From an uncultured virus (IMG/VR IMGVR_UViG_3300034082_004432) (Duplodnaviria; Heunggongvirae; Uroviricota; Caudoviricetes), in IMG/VR virus record IMGVR_UViG_3300034082_004432, positions 1 through 64,000 of that record: a DNA stretch of 64,000 nt. One strand, written 5' to 3'. A model generated the notes under the pieces. It did not search any database. It was not told the origin of the DNA and saw only the letters and a program-made list of their open reading frames with translations. Positions 46,478 to 56,922 of the stretch are shown here, in pieces. Made by a program: the position numbers and the translations under genes. Every line of letters starts with the position of its first letter. The stretch's first letter is position 1.

Positions 46478-49400
46478 ATGGCAACTTATAAAACAAATAG
46501 ATCGAGAACTACAAGTTTTATTGGAAAGTTCAAATTCAATTACGAAATTGTGCTTGGGGTAATTCCTGGAACTGAGTTTAATTTCAATGAAAGAAAACAA
46601 GATTTTGCCACTAGTGCTGCTGTAAATTTTTCTCATGATGCTTTTACATTCAATGGAGCTGTTCTTAATAACCCTCCTGTAGAGGCAGCTTTTAGATATC
46701 CTGGTGGTGGAGCTGACATCAATCAGGGATTGGTGGTTTATGATGAAGTTGCCAAAAAAGTATATATTCTTTTTTCATTCACTTTAGAAAAACGAAATGA
46801 ATTTCAATCAACAACAAGAATGTCAGGACCATTTGTTCTAGAAGTAGTTGACTTCAATTATGAACAATCTCCTAGAGAAGGAAATTTTAAGATTGTTTCT
46901 GGATCTGTTGAAGGTACTGTTTTTTACGGTGCGCCTTTAGACGAATATGTAAGTATAGAAGAATTTTTTCCATCTGAAATTAAGACAGAGCCTTCAAGGA
47001 CAGGTTGTGGCAATGATGAATTTGTAGTTCAAAAAGAATTTGACAAAAATACTGTCAGACAATTTCCTAGATACACGACACTTAATTGGTTCGAACTTAT
47101 AAGACCTAGTTCATCGGGAACCATGGGAATCAAGTTGACTGCAGTAAATAGTAAAGGTCAAGTTAATGAGTTTTCTAAGTCAGTTCCAATTTCATTTGGT
47201 CTTTCTAGAAGAATGAACTACACTGCTGGAAAAGTTTTAAACGCATGGGCTAGGAACTTATCAAATAGTGGCTATATAGCAACATATGGCTTAGCATCAG
47301 ATGCCAAGAGTCAAATTACAGCTAAAACTGATACTGTTTCAGTTGATCTAAGCAACTTTTCTGTTAATACAGTTTATGATCAATATTATAATAATATTTC
47401 AAATGCATACATAAATTATTCGGGAGAACCAACTAGAACTGTTACTTTTGATGCTGAAGTTTATGATTGGAAAACAAATCATACAGACCCATTGACAGCT
47501 TATCTTGTTGGGTTTGGAAGTACTAGTTGGCCACAGCAGTACAAGAGAATAAAATATAATAAAGCACAATTTGAAACAGTTGAAACAAATTCAGGTAAGA
47601 TTTCAAGTTCTCAAACTTATGATAGAATTGGATTGGCCTTAGTTGAAGCAAATACATATATACTAGGAAGACCAACACAAAGGGATTCAAAATCTATAAC
47701 TTTTGACAATACTCAAAAGTGGATTTTTGGAATGTTGGATGGAGCAAAATCAAAAGAAATTTTTGACGATCTTGATTCTCCGACTGATCATATGGATTAT
47801 CCAACTAAGTACATTCTGGGAGCAGATGGATGCGAAGATGTAAATTTTTTAAATCAAGAATTAACTATTTCTGAATTAGAGCTACCTAGTAGTTCCTTTT
47901 CAATTCCCATACCATTGAGAGGTTGGAAGTTCCCTGCCTTAACTTTATTTCAGCAAAAAGAATATTTGATTCCTGGCACATCAAATATAAGAAGTTTTCT
48001 AGGCGATGGAAATGAGCCTAATTATTATGGCAATCAAAACTTATCAGGTTATAGATACTTAAATTTACAACTTAAATCTAAGAATAACGATCAACAATCT
48101 GGCATATTTACTATAGAAGAAATTTCCAAAGGCCCAACAACTTTACAAAATACTACATTAACTAACAAAAAAACTTGGAGTATTAAAACTAATTCATCTA
48201 CATTCCAAAACTTATATATCGATCTTTGCAATCCTGATAACAAAATCGATAATGTAGATAATCAAGATTCTCCTTATCCTAGACTTAATGCTTACACTAC
48301 TTCCAAACCATTAAGTGTAAGCTCGTTTGGTCTATTGTCTGCTGAAAATAAACCTAGTGATGATTTCATAATTACTAAACCAAAAAGCGGCATTGAATCA
48401 AAAACTTGGATAAACGAAGTTGTCAAGAAGCAAATCCAAAACTCAGGAATAATTTATTTATCAGATAGTAAATCAACCAATATTGATTACTTTGAAGTAA
48501 ATACATCTGCATTTCCAAGTTCAGGTGGTACTAATATAATTTATGGAAGACCAAGAGTATTTAATGGAAAAATTAAACTAGCTTCTCCATTTAATGCTCT
48601 TGATGGTTTTACTTACGATGATAATGGTAATAGAAAAGATATAATTCCTGATTACTTTAGGACATTAGACCTTTACATTCCAAAAAATGACTTAACAGCA
48701 GGTAAGTCTATAGATGAATTATTATTGAGAAATCAAAAAGGCGAATATACTGAAGAGTTTGAAGTTTATGATTTTGATCCTGGATTCCCTGATGAAACAG
48801 ATATTTTGGGCAAAACAGTTGCACAATATACTGATGGAGATTTGAATATTTTTACAAATCCAATTCAATTTTTAAAACAAAACAACAATCCATATGATGG
48901 TGTTATTATTGAAAATCCATCAACAAAGGTTAGAAAAACTTATAAGTTTAACGAATATTTCAGTTTGAATGACAATGGATTGAATTACATAACAATTATT
49001 TTACCAAGTAGTTTTGACAGAAATATTGTATTTCCTTCTGGAAGCAACATTAGGTTGGGATTCTTAGATAAAAAAACAGATGATGCTTTTAGATCATGTG
49101 TAATAAAAATAAAGAAAATTGACAAAATTCAACAAAATAAATTTAGAGCTACATTAGAATACGCCAAGATTGATAAGAATTCACCACCAAATTATGCTGG
49201 AATAGCTGTTTCAAATAACGGAGTTTACACTTTTTTCTCTCCTAATGCCCCTTTGGTTACAGTAGTTCCAACAAGGTTATTGGAATTTACTTTTCCTCTT
49301 GACACATCATTATTTACAAATATAGTTTCACGTGACCCAAATCAAAACGAAGTAAATGCTATAGATGATTATCCAGAAGATGAAGCTACTAATGGTCCAT

Positions 49401-52400
49401 ACTATGGAGTTTCAAGAATTGCTAAAATTGAATTAGATAATCCTCTCATTGAATTGGGCGAGACTAAATTAACAAGAACTAATTCTAAAGCTAATTTTGT
49501 AATTTCAGGAAACAATAATACATTTGAAGCTAAAACTAGATTCAATGCTTCTTCTAAAATTACAACTGAATATTTTACGAGAAGATTTTGGCAACAAAAC
49601 ACTGATGCTAGAGATGAAGAAGAGGGAGATATTGAATGGCAACATACACAGTCAGAAACTGTAGACTACTGGACACCATTTCCAAAATCTATTGCTGATT
49701 TTTGCAACGATGTTAACAAAATTGATCAATATGTTGCACCATCATGGCTGGATACAAATAACTCAGCTACCAATGTTATAAGACACCCAGGATGGATTGC
49801 AACAAAATCAAATAAATCTTATCCAGTTGACCCAATCACTGGTAATAGAATTTATACCAATAAACTGGATCCTGAGTATCTGAATCCAGATACTGGGTAT
49901 GCTTCATGGATATTTGGTGGAGGCATATTAGCTTTACCAAATGGAAAAACTACAGGCAGTGGTACTACTTATCAAAAAGCAATTGATATAGATTTAAATC
50001 AACTTAGAATAATTCTCGCTCAAACAATATTCCATAGAATTAATGGTGATTTTCCTCCAGGTTTGCCTGATTTATTTGGCAATACATCTTTGAGAAATCA
50101 AGATGGATCAGCACAAGAATCAGTGTTGCATTTAAGAGGTGGATTGATAGCAAGAGCTCCTGGACATGGCCTTATTTTGCCACCAAGAAAAAGTTCTGTA
50201 GAAGATGTAAGAAAAGCTAACTTGATCGAAGTATTTTCACAACAAAATAAAGGATCTTCTGAATCAGATATTATTGGTTTTTACGAGACTGGTAGTGTTT
50301 ACGGAAAAAATAGAAGAGACCATTTTATTGAACTCGAAAAATCTAAAAATTTTCCAACACCATCAGATTTTAGAAGTTCAGTGAGGAATTTATCTCAAGC
50401 TAAAAGAGAAAGAACATCTTTCAAGGGCGGTAAAACAAACATAGCAACAAATCTTACTGCATGCGAATCAGGATTTGAACAAGCTATAGTTATTGCTTAC
50501 ACAGTTCCAAGTACAAAAACTGGTGAAGAAAATCAAACTGCAGTGATTACAACTGATTCTTTTTTCACTACACAATACGAAAAATATCCTGTGGGTTTTA
50601 ATGTAAATACAGGTATAGGAATTACTTTAAAAGGTGAATTCCCATTTCTCATTTCTTCAGAACTACATATAAATCAAACAAAAAGAATTCATACATTCTT
50701 GTTGACTGAAAGAAATTCAGTAAAGAATTCAACAAGCTCTCACGATTATGATTCTCTTATATCAGCAAATACTGACATGAGAAATCAAGCTTCTTGGCAT
50801 CCATACATACAAGGAGAACCAAAAGTTGATGCAAATTTTTCAACATTATCAAAAGCATTTAAATCAACAAAACTAAATTCATATTTGATTACTGACCAAG
50901 CTGCACAGTTGTTCAATGTGGGTTATGCTGATCCTGGTGCAATTTTAGTTAGATCAATACCACTTAATATTACAAATATAACTGCGCCACTTACAGACAA
51001 GACAATTTTCATAGATGGAGTTGCACCAACATTTACTTCAGATTTTAGATTATTAGAACCAATAGCTTCTTCGGGTACTGCTCATTCATCTTTCCCAACA
51101 ATTGTGCAACTTTCATCAAGAGAATACGCTGTTGCATATTCGATGAGTGCGACACCACGAAAAATAAATTTAAAAATAATTTCCAATTACCAAGCTCAAG
51201 ATAGAAATACTCTTTTGGACTTAGACGTTTTATCTGGAAACACAATTAATTCTGATTACAATATTTATGGTCTTACATCAGATTACGATGAAAAACTGGG
51301 TCTTCATAGATCTGTTTTTTGGTGCAATGGAAATATTTATTATTTTGAGCATGCTATGCATTCAGTTGACATGAACTTGAAACGCAATGAAACGCTCCAT
51401 TTGATAAAAGGAAGACTTGACGATCCATTGGTCTTGGAATTATCAAATAGAAAAAACATCATAACATACTATGATTCTTCTAGTGAATTTAATGCATCTG
51501 TCCCTAAGCACAAACCAGCCTTAATAAGTTGCAAAAAACAAGAATACAATGGAAAAGTTATAGTAGCTTACGATACTGGTAAATGTAACATAGAAGCTGT
51601 TTTATTGAATCCATATGCATCAATACTTGGCGTAAGAAAGTTTGATATTGAATGTATCAATACATCAGATTCCACAAATACAGATACAATCACAAATACA
51701 AAACCTATTGCTAATATTTCAGCAAATCCTACCAGTGGTCAATCAGCATTATTTGTAAGTTTCTTATCAACAAATTCTTACGATCCAAGTGGAAGCGCTT
51801 TGACTTATGTTTGGAATTTTGGCGACGATACTCAGTCAACTGAAGAAAATCCAACTCATACATTTATAAATAATACAACTGATCCTATACAATTTAAAGT
51901 ATCTTTAGTTGTGACCAATGCAAATGGATTTAGCAGTGATCCAGCGACAGTAATTATTACAGTCAACCCAGCGCCAGTTAATAATTTATTGCCACAAGCA
52001 AAATTTTCAGGCACTCCAATTTCAGGTTCAGTTACTTTGAGTGTGACATTTACGGATCAATCTTCTCCAGCTAATGACGGATCGTTTATTCAACTTTATC
52101 AGTGGGATTTTGGTGATGATAATACTGCAATAAAATTCGATAATCAATCTTTTACTTATGATTACACAAGAGCTGGTAAATTTACACCTTCTTTGATTAT
52201 AAGAGATAACCTACTAAGAATTTCAAGTAAGTTTATAGGACCCACTATTACAGTGGATGGTACCGTCAACAATCCACCATCTCCATCTTTTAATTGGGCT
52301 CAAACATCGTATAGTCCAAATTTAAAAGTAAAATTTACTGATACTTCAAGTGATGATGAAGGACCATTAGTTGCTTGGAGCTGGAATTTTGGAGATAACC

Positions 52401-55400
52401 AAACAGCTGACGTTCAAAACCCAGAACACATTTATGCAGATCCTGGCAAATACAGAGTGGTTCTTACTGTTACTGATTCTGGAGGACTTCAAGTCTCAGG
52501 AACAATTGAAATTACAGTTGCTCCTCCAGGAAATAATCCGCCCATTGCAAACTTTAATTTTTCTCAACAAAATAGAAAGTTGATTGTAGAATTTACTGAT
52601 CTATCTTCTGATTCTGATGGGATAATATCTTTGTGGAGTTGGGATTTTGGTGATGGCTCTACAGATCTTGTTCAAAATCCTACACACGCATATTCTATAG
52701 CTGGTACATATCAAGTAACTTTGAAAGTAACTGATAGCGGCGGTAAATTTAGTTCTATCACAAAAAATGTAATAGTTGCTCCACTAATAAACTTACCTCC
52801 AATTATAAATAATATTTCTGGTTCACAAATTGGTTTCACACCTTTACAGGCAAAATTTACCGAAATATCTATAGACCCAGATGGTTTTATAACAAAATGG
52901 GATTGGAATTTTGGAGATGGACAAACTTTTTCGACGACAAATAGTTTGCTTAAAAACCCAACTCATACATACTTTCTACCTGGAACGTATACAATTAGAT
53001 TAACTGTAAGTGATGATGGATTGGCTGACGGTACAGAAATTAAAACAGCTACATCTTCTATCGAAATTACAATTGTTTCACCTCCTGCAAACAAACCACC
53101 TATAGCTTTATTCAATGTTGATATCAATAATATTTTGGCACCAGCAGTGATAAACTTTACTGATCTTTCTTCTGATTTAGATGGAAAAATAGTTTCATGG
53201 CTATGGGAATTTGAAGCTAATTCGTCATTGTTTTTCAATATTCAAACCTATCAAAAAGTTGTTTCACATAGATTTACAAGATCTGGTATATATCCAGTTA
53301 AACTCACCGTTACAGATGACGGAAATCTTACAAATACTTATATATTTGAAGTAAATATTAAAAATAATTTACCTGTGGCTGAATTATCAGCTTTTCCTAA
53401 TCCAACTTTGTCTCAAACACAAGTCAACTTTTTTGGTAATAATTCATATGATCTAGATGGGAGTATTACTAAATATAATTGGGACTTTGGAGATGGAAAT
53501 AAAATTCTTCAAGGCAGTACAAGAGAAAGCCATGTTTACACTAAACCTGGTGTATATAATGCTTCTTTGACAGTAACAGACAATATCGGAGACACATCAA
53601 CAGCTAATTTACAAATTACAATTACAAATAGAAATCCTGTTGCAGTCATTACTTATACGTCTCTAAGCGTTAAAGCTCCAGGCAGTTTAACTTTTAACGG
53701 TGATACATCTTATGATCCAGATGGAATCATAGTTTCATATAACTGGTCAACAACAAATGGACTTTCTGCAAACACACCAAACGCAACTTTTAATTTTACA
53801 GTAGAAGGTTCTTACACAATTTACCTAACTGTAACAGATGATTCAGGTGGCACTAATACAACCAGTGTTTTAGTAATTGTCACACCAGCTGATAATGTTT
53901 TGCCCATTGCTATTTTAAATGTTGATAAAAGTTCTGGAGTGATAAATGATACTTTTACTTTTGACACACTTGGATCGTATGATCCAGATGGAAATATTGT
54001 TTTATATCAAATAGATTTTGGTGATGGAACTTCAAAACAATTTGCAACTCCAGGCCCAATTTTACATTCTTACAATAGGGTTGGAACATTTACTGCAAAA
54101 CTTACCTTGACGGATAATAGAGCTGGCCAAAGTTTAGAAACATTAAACTCTAAAAAAATTATAATTATAAATAATCAGCCTCCAGTATCATCTTTTTCAT
54201 TTACTCCAAATAATGCTTTTACTTTTGATGTAATTAATTTTTCAGATAATTCTACAGATCCAGAAAATAATTTGGTCAGGTGGGATTGGGATTTTGGTGA
54301 TGAAACAAGTTTTACAACAAGAGATCCTTTGCAAAAATCTCCGCAGAAATCTTACAATAAGGGTAAAAGAAATTACACAGCATCTTTAACCGTTTATGAC
54401 AACATGGGATTATCAAACACATCATCTCAAGTTGTAAGCATTTTAAATAGAAAACCATTTGCAGTAATATCTACAAACACTGCCCCATCCAATAACACTA
54501 TTTCTGGAATAGCTCCTTTTACTGTTGTTTTTGATTCAAACTCTTATGACTTGGATGGAACAGTAGTTGATTATGAATGGTATTTGAATGGTATTTCTAG
54601 CACACCTTTTATAACCAAAACTTTTACTTACACATTTACAACAGCAAGATTTATTCCATATGTTGTAACTTTACGTGTCAGAGATGATGATGGAGATTGG
54701 AGTGATGTTGCATCAATTGGTGTTAAGGTAAACCCAGAAAATATTCCACCCGTTTCAGTAATTAGAGCAAACCCAGAATCAAATACAAGACAAGCACCAG
54801 TGACAGTAAGTTTTTCAGGAGCTGGAAGTTACGATCCTGATAATATTGGTGGCGAACTTATTTATTCATGGGACTTTGGCAATGGTAGTAGATCAAGTCT
54901 TGTAAATACGGACACAGTTTATTCACAGCCAGGTACTTATAAAGTTTCATTAACTGTAACCGATAACTTGGGAGCTAGTAATACTGCAACACTAGATTAC
55001 ATTGTTAAAAATAATAAACCAATTGCAGTATTAGACACAACGCCACCAGGTATTACACAAGTTGAAATAAATACTCCAGTATTATTTACTTCAAATGGAA
55101 GTTATGATCCAGATAATAATCAATTTATAAATGGATATAAGTGGCTTGTAGATGGAGTGAATCAAAATTCAAACACACCAACATTATCTACATCATTTAG
55201 CTCAATTGGTTATCACACAGTAACTTTATCTGTTTTTGATAATTTGGGATTAGAATCAGATCCTGTGTCAAAAACTCTGTTTATCATCTCAAATCCACCA
55301 CCGCCATTAGCAAATCAAAATCCAATTGCTATTTTGGGTAATGAGCCAGGAATAACTGGTTATATTGAATTGAAAGTTGGAGATACTTTTACCTTTGATG

Positions 55401-56887
55401 GAACCAGATCTTATGATCCTGAAGATACCAAAAATATAACCTTCGAATGGTCTATAAATGGTGTAAAGTCTGGATTTAATTCTACATTTGTAAATCAATT
55501 CAACATGGTTGGAATATTTACTGTTAGCCTTGTAGTATTTGACAGTCAAAAACTTGCATCAACCCCAGCAACAAATTTAGGTCAAAGATATACGGTAGAT
55601 GTAAACGTTACTGTTCTACCTAATCCTTTAGCAAATAAACTATATTCTTCAGGTCAAGCATTATACGGAGCAATTGCAAGTGGAAGTAATACACCTGATA
55701 GATATGGATTTCAGTTGATAGATGATACAAAACAATACACAATCATTGAAGCTGGTCTTTACCATACTTTTGTGGTAGATATAGATGGAAAATTATACGC
55801 AAGTGGATCAAATAGCAACGGTCAGCTTGGATTTCCATCCAACATTTCACAGTTGAATTCACTTACTTTGGTTCCTTTGGCAGCAAAATACAAGGTAATC
55901 AAAGTATCTGCTGGAGATTTATGTTCGGCTATTATAGCTGAAGACACATCAATTAATAAAAGAGTTTTACTAGTTTGTGGCTCCAATGTAAACGGAATAT
56001 TTGGTCAATCTTTACCTTTGACAAATATATTTTCATTTCAACCAATATTGGAAAAATCGAATACTAATAATGGATTTAGTTATGCTTCCAGTAACAGTCT
56101 GGCTGATGTATCTTGCAACTCTTATATACTTGCATTTATAGACAATAAACAAGTTTGGGTTAGTGGTAGATCTAGATATGTTAATAAATTAGGAATTTCT
56201 AATTTAGGATTCTATCCAGTCAATATAGATCCAAATCCTGATAAATATATTGGAAGTACAAATTATTTGAATCCTTTTAAAGTAGAAGTTGGATTTAATA
56301 ACGGTTTGGGATTTGTTACTGGAATATCATTTGACATAGATAATCAAATAGTTTGGTTTAGTGGTTTGTCAAGTTTAAGAGGGTGGGGATATGCTTATGA
56401 TATCTCAACATATGAGAACAATATAATTATTATAGCTTCTTCTCAAGATCCAGCAGAAGAAAGAAGTATTATTTCATATGGCTTCGCTACTAATGAAATA
56501 CCTGTTTTCAATGTTGGATATCAGGTGGCATCTTATAGAAATCCTGGGCAATCATATATAAAAGTTTCAACAGGAGCACTTGGACTTTTGGCTTTATCTC
56601 AAGATAATTTTTATCCATATGGAGACAATTCTTTTGGAGCTTTGGGATTTGCACAAAGCTATACGAATTCTAGAAATGAAAATATTAAGAGTGGTGTACC
56701 AATAAATGTAATTCTGTCAAATGCTGGAGTTATAGGAGCATATGATATTGCAGCTGGTGGAAATCATTCAGTCATATTAGCATCTAATATCAAGCCATCT
56801 GGACAATCTTTTACAATTATTAGACCTGACGGGTATCCAATTATTACAAATCTTACTATTTATCCAATTACTCAAATAGTTGGGTAA
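46478..56887 (+). CDS. Giant virion adhesin/tail protein with 14 PKD domains and C-terminal RCC1-like repeats
   Basis: Repeats N-x-x-P-x-A...S-x-D-x-D-G...W-[DN]-F-G-D-G. C-terminal IEAGLYHT, LYASGSNSNGQLG, VSAGDLCS, YGDNSFGALG, IAAGGNHS. Confidence 0.85.
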   Translation: MATYKTNRSRTTSFIGKFKFNYEIVLGVIPGTEFNFNERKQDFATSAAVNFSHDAFTFNGAVLNNPPVEAAFRYPGGGADINQGLVVYDEVAKKVYILFSFTLEKRNEFQSTTRMSGPFVLEVVDFNYEQSPREGNFKIVSGSVEGTVFYGAPLDEYVSIEEFFPSEIKTEPSRTGCGNDEFVVQKEFDKNTVRQFPRYTTLNWFELIRPSSSGTMGIKLTAVNSKGQVNEFSKSVPISFGLSRRMNYTAGKVLNAWARNLSNSGYIATYGLASDAKSQITAKTDTVSVDLSNFSVNTVYDQYYNNISNAYINYSGEPTRTVTFDAEVYDWKTNHTDPLTAYLVGFGSTSWPQQYKRIKYNKAQFETVETNSGKISSSQTYDRIGLALVEANTYILGRPTQRDSKSITFDNTQKWIFGMLDGAKSKEIFDDLDSPTDHMDYPTKYILGADGCEDVNFLNQELTISELELPSSSFSIPIPLRGWKFPALTLFQQKEYLIPGTSNIRSFLGDGNEPNYYGNQNLSGYRYLNLQLKSKNNDQQSGIFTIEEISKGPTTLQNTTLTNKKTWSIKTNSSTFQNLYIDLCNPDNKIDNVDNQDSPYPRLNAYTTSKPLSVSSFGLLSAENKPSDDFIITKPKSGIESKTWINEVVKKQIQNSGIIYLSDSKSTNIDYFEVNTSAFPSSGGTNIIYGRPRVFNGKIKLASPFNALDGFTYDDNGNRKDIIPDYFRTLDLYIPKNDLTAGKSIDELLLRNQKGEYTEEFEVYDFDPGFPDETDILGKTVAQYTDGDLNIFTNPIQFLKQNNNPYDGVIIENPSTKVRKTYKFNEYFSLNDNGLNYITIILPSSFDRNIVFPSGSNIRLGFLDKKTDDAFRSCVIKIKKIDKIQQNKFRATLEYAKIDKNSPPNYAGIAVSNNGVYTFFSPNAPLVTVVPTRLLEFTFPLDTSLFTNIVSRDPNQNEVNAIDDYPEDEATNGPYYGVSRIAKIELDNPLIELGETKLTRTNSKANFVISGNNNTFEAKTRFNASSKITTEYFTRRFWQQNTDARDEEEGDIEWQHTQSETVDYWTPFPKSIADFCNDVNKIDQYVAPSWLDTNNSATNVIRHPGWIATKSNKSYPVDPITGNRIYTNKLDPEYLNPDTGYASWIFGGGILALPNGKTTGSGTTYQKAIDIDLNQLRIILAQTIFHRINGDFPPGLPDLFGNTSLRNQDGSAQESVLHLRGGLIARAPGHGLILPPRKSSVEDVRKANLIEVFSQQNKGSSESDIIGFYETGSVYGKNRRDHFIELEKSKNFPTPSDFRSSVRNLSQAKRERTSFKGGKTNIATNLTACESGFEQAIVIAYTVPSTKTGEENQTAVITTDSFFTTQYEKYPVGFNVNTGIGITLKGEFPFLISSELHINQTKRIHTFLLTERNSVKNSTSSHDYDSLISANTDMRNQASWHPYIQGEPKVDANFSTLSKAFKSTKLNSYLITDQAAQLFNVGYADPGAILVRSIPLNITNITAPLTDKTIFIDGVAPTFTSDFRLLEPIASSGTAHSSFPTIVQLSSREYAVAYSMSATPRKINLKIISNYQAQDRNTLLDLDVLSGNTINSDYNIYGLTSDYDEKLGLHRSVFWCNGNIYYFEHAMHSVDMNLKRNETLHLIKGRLDDPLVLELSNRKNIITYYDSSSEFNASVPKHKPALISCKKQEYNGKVIVAYDTGKCNIEAVLLNPYASILGVRKFDIECINTSDSTNTDTITNTKPIANISANPTSGQSALFVSFLSTNSYDPSGSALTYVWNFGDDTQSTEENPTHTFINNTTDPIQFKVSLVVTNANGFSSDPATVIITVNPAPVNNLLPQAKFSGTPISGSVTLSVTFTDQSSPANDGSFIQLYQWDFGDDNTAIKFDNQSFTYDYTRAGKFTPSLIIRDNLLRISSKFIGPTITVDGTVNNPPSPSFNWAQTSYSPNLKVKFTDTSSDDEGPLVAWSWNFGDNQTADVQNPEHIYADPGKYRVVLTVTDSGGLQVSGTIEITVAPPGNNPPIANFNFSQQNRKLIVEFTDLSSDSDGIISLWSWDFGDGSTDLVQNPTHAYSIAGTYQVTLKVTDSGGKFSSITKNVIVAPLINLPPIINNISGSQIGFTPLQAKFTEISIDPDGFITKWDWNFGDGQTFSTTNSLLKNPTHTYFLPGTYTIRLTVSDDGLADGTEIKTATSSIEITIVSPPANKPPIALFNVDINNILAPAVINFTDLSSDLDGKIVSWLWEFEANSSLFFNIQTYQKVVSHRFTRSGIYPVKLTVTDDGNLTNTYIFEVNIKNNLPVAELSAFPNPTLSQTQVNFFGNNSYDLDGSITKYNWDFGDGNKILQGSTRESHVYTKPGVYNASLTVTDNIGDTSTANLQITITNRNPVAVITYTSLSVKAPGSLTFNGDTSYDPDGIIVSYNWSTTNGLSANTPNATFNFTVEGSYTIYLTVTDDSGGTNTTSVLVIVTPADNVLPIAILNVDKSSGVINDTFTFDTLGSYDPDGNIVLYQIDFGDGTSKQFATPGPILHSYNRVGTFTAKLTLTDNRAGQSLETLNSKKIIIINNQPPVSSFSFTPNNAFTFDVINFSDNSTDPENNLVRWDWDFGDETSFTTRDPLQKSPQKSYNKGKRNYTASLTVYDNMGLSNTSSQVVSILNRKPFAVISTNTAPSNNTISGIAPFTVVFDSNSYDLDGTVVDYEWYLNGISSTPFITKTFTYTFTTARFIPYVVTLRVRDDDGDWSDVASIGVKVNPENIPPVSVIRANPESNTRQAPVTVSFSGAGSYDPDNIGGELIYSWDFGNGSRSSLVNTDTVYSQPGTYKVSLTVTDNLGASNTATLDYIVKNNKPIAVLDTTPPGITQVEINTPVLFTSNGSYDPDNNQFINGYKWLVDGVNQNSNTPTLSTSFSSIGYHTVTLSVFDNLGLESDPVSKTLFIISNPPPPLANQNPIAILGNEPGITGYIELKVGDTFTFDGTRSYDPEDTKNITFEWSINGVKSGFNSTFVNQFNMVGIFTVSLVVFDSQKLASTPATNLGQRYTVDVNVTVLPNPLANKLYSSGQALYGAIASGSNTPDRYGFQLIDDTKQYTIIEAGLYHTFVVDIDGKLYASGSNSNGQLGFPSNISQLNSLTLVPLAAKYKVIKVSAGDLCSAIIAEDTSINKRVLLVCGSNVNGIFGQSLPLTNIFSFQPILEKSNTNNGFSYASSNSLADVSCNSYILAFIDNKQVWVSGRSRYVNKLGISNLGFYPVNIDPNPDKYIGSTNYLNPFKVEVGFNNGLGFVTGISFDIDNQIVWFSGLSSLRGWGYAYDISTYENNIIIIASSQDPAEERSIISYGFATNEIPVFNVGYQVASYRNPGQSYIKVSTGALGLLALSQDNFYPYGDNSFGALGFAQSYTNSRNENIKSGVPINVILSNAGVIGAYDIAAGGNHSVILASNIKPSGQSFTIIRPDGYPIITNLTIYPITQIVG
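51695..55615 (+). repeat. Array of 14 tandem PKD (Ig-like) domain coding repeats
   Basis: 14 units of about 85-100 aa counted from NTKPIA to NQNPIA...VDVNV. They are diverged at DNA level. Confidence 0.85.
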
Positions 56888-56910
56888 AGGTATAACATCA
56901 CTTTAAATTT

Positions 56911-56922
56911 TATAATTAATAT
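56911..56922 (+). promoter_or_regulatory. -10 leaderless promoter
   Basis: TATAAT (56911-56916), 6 nt, ATG 56923. Confidence 0.65.
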
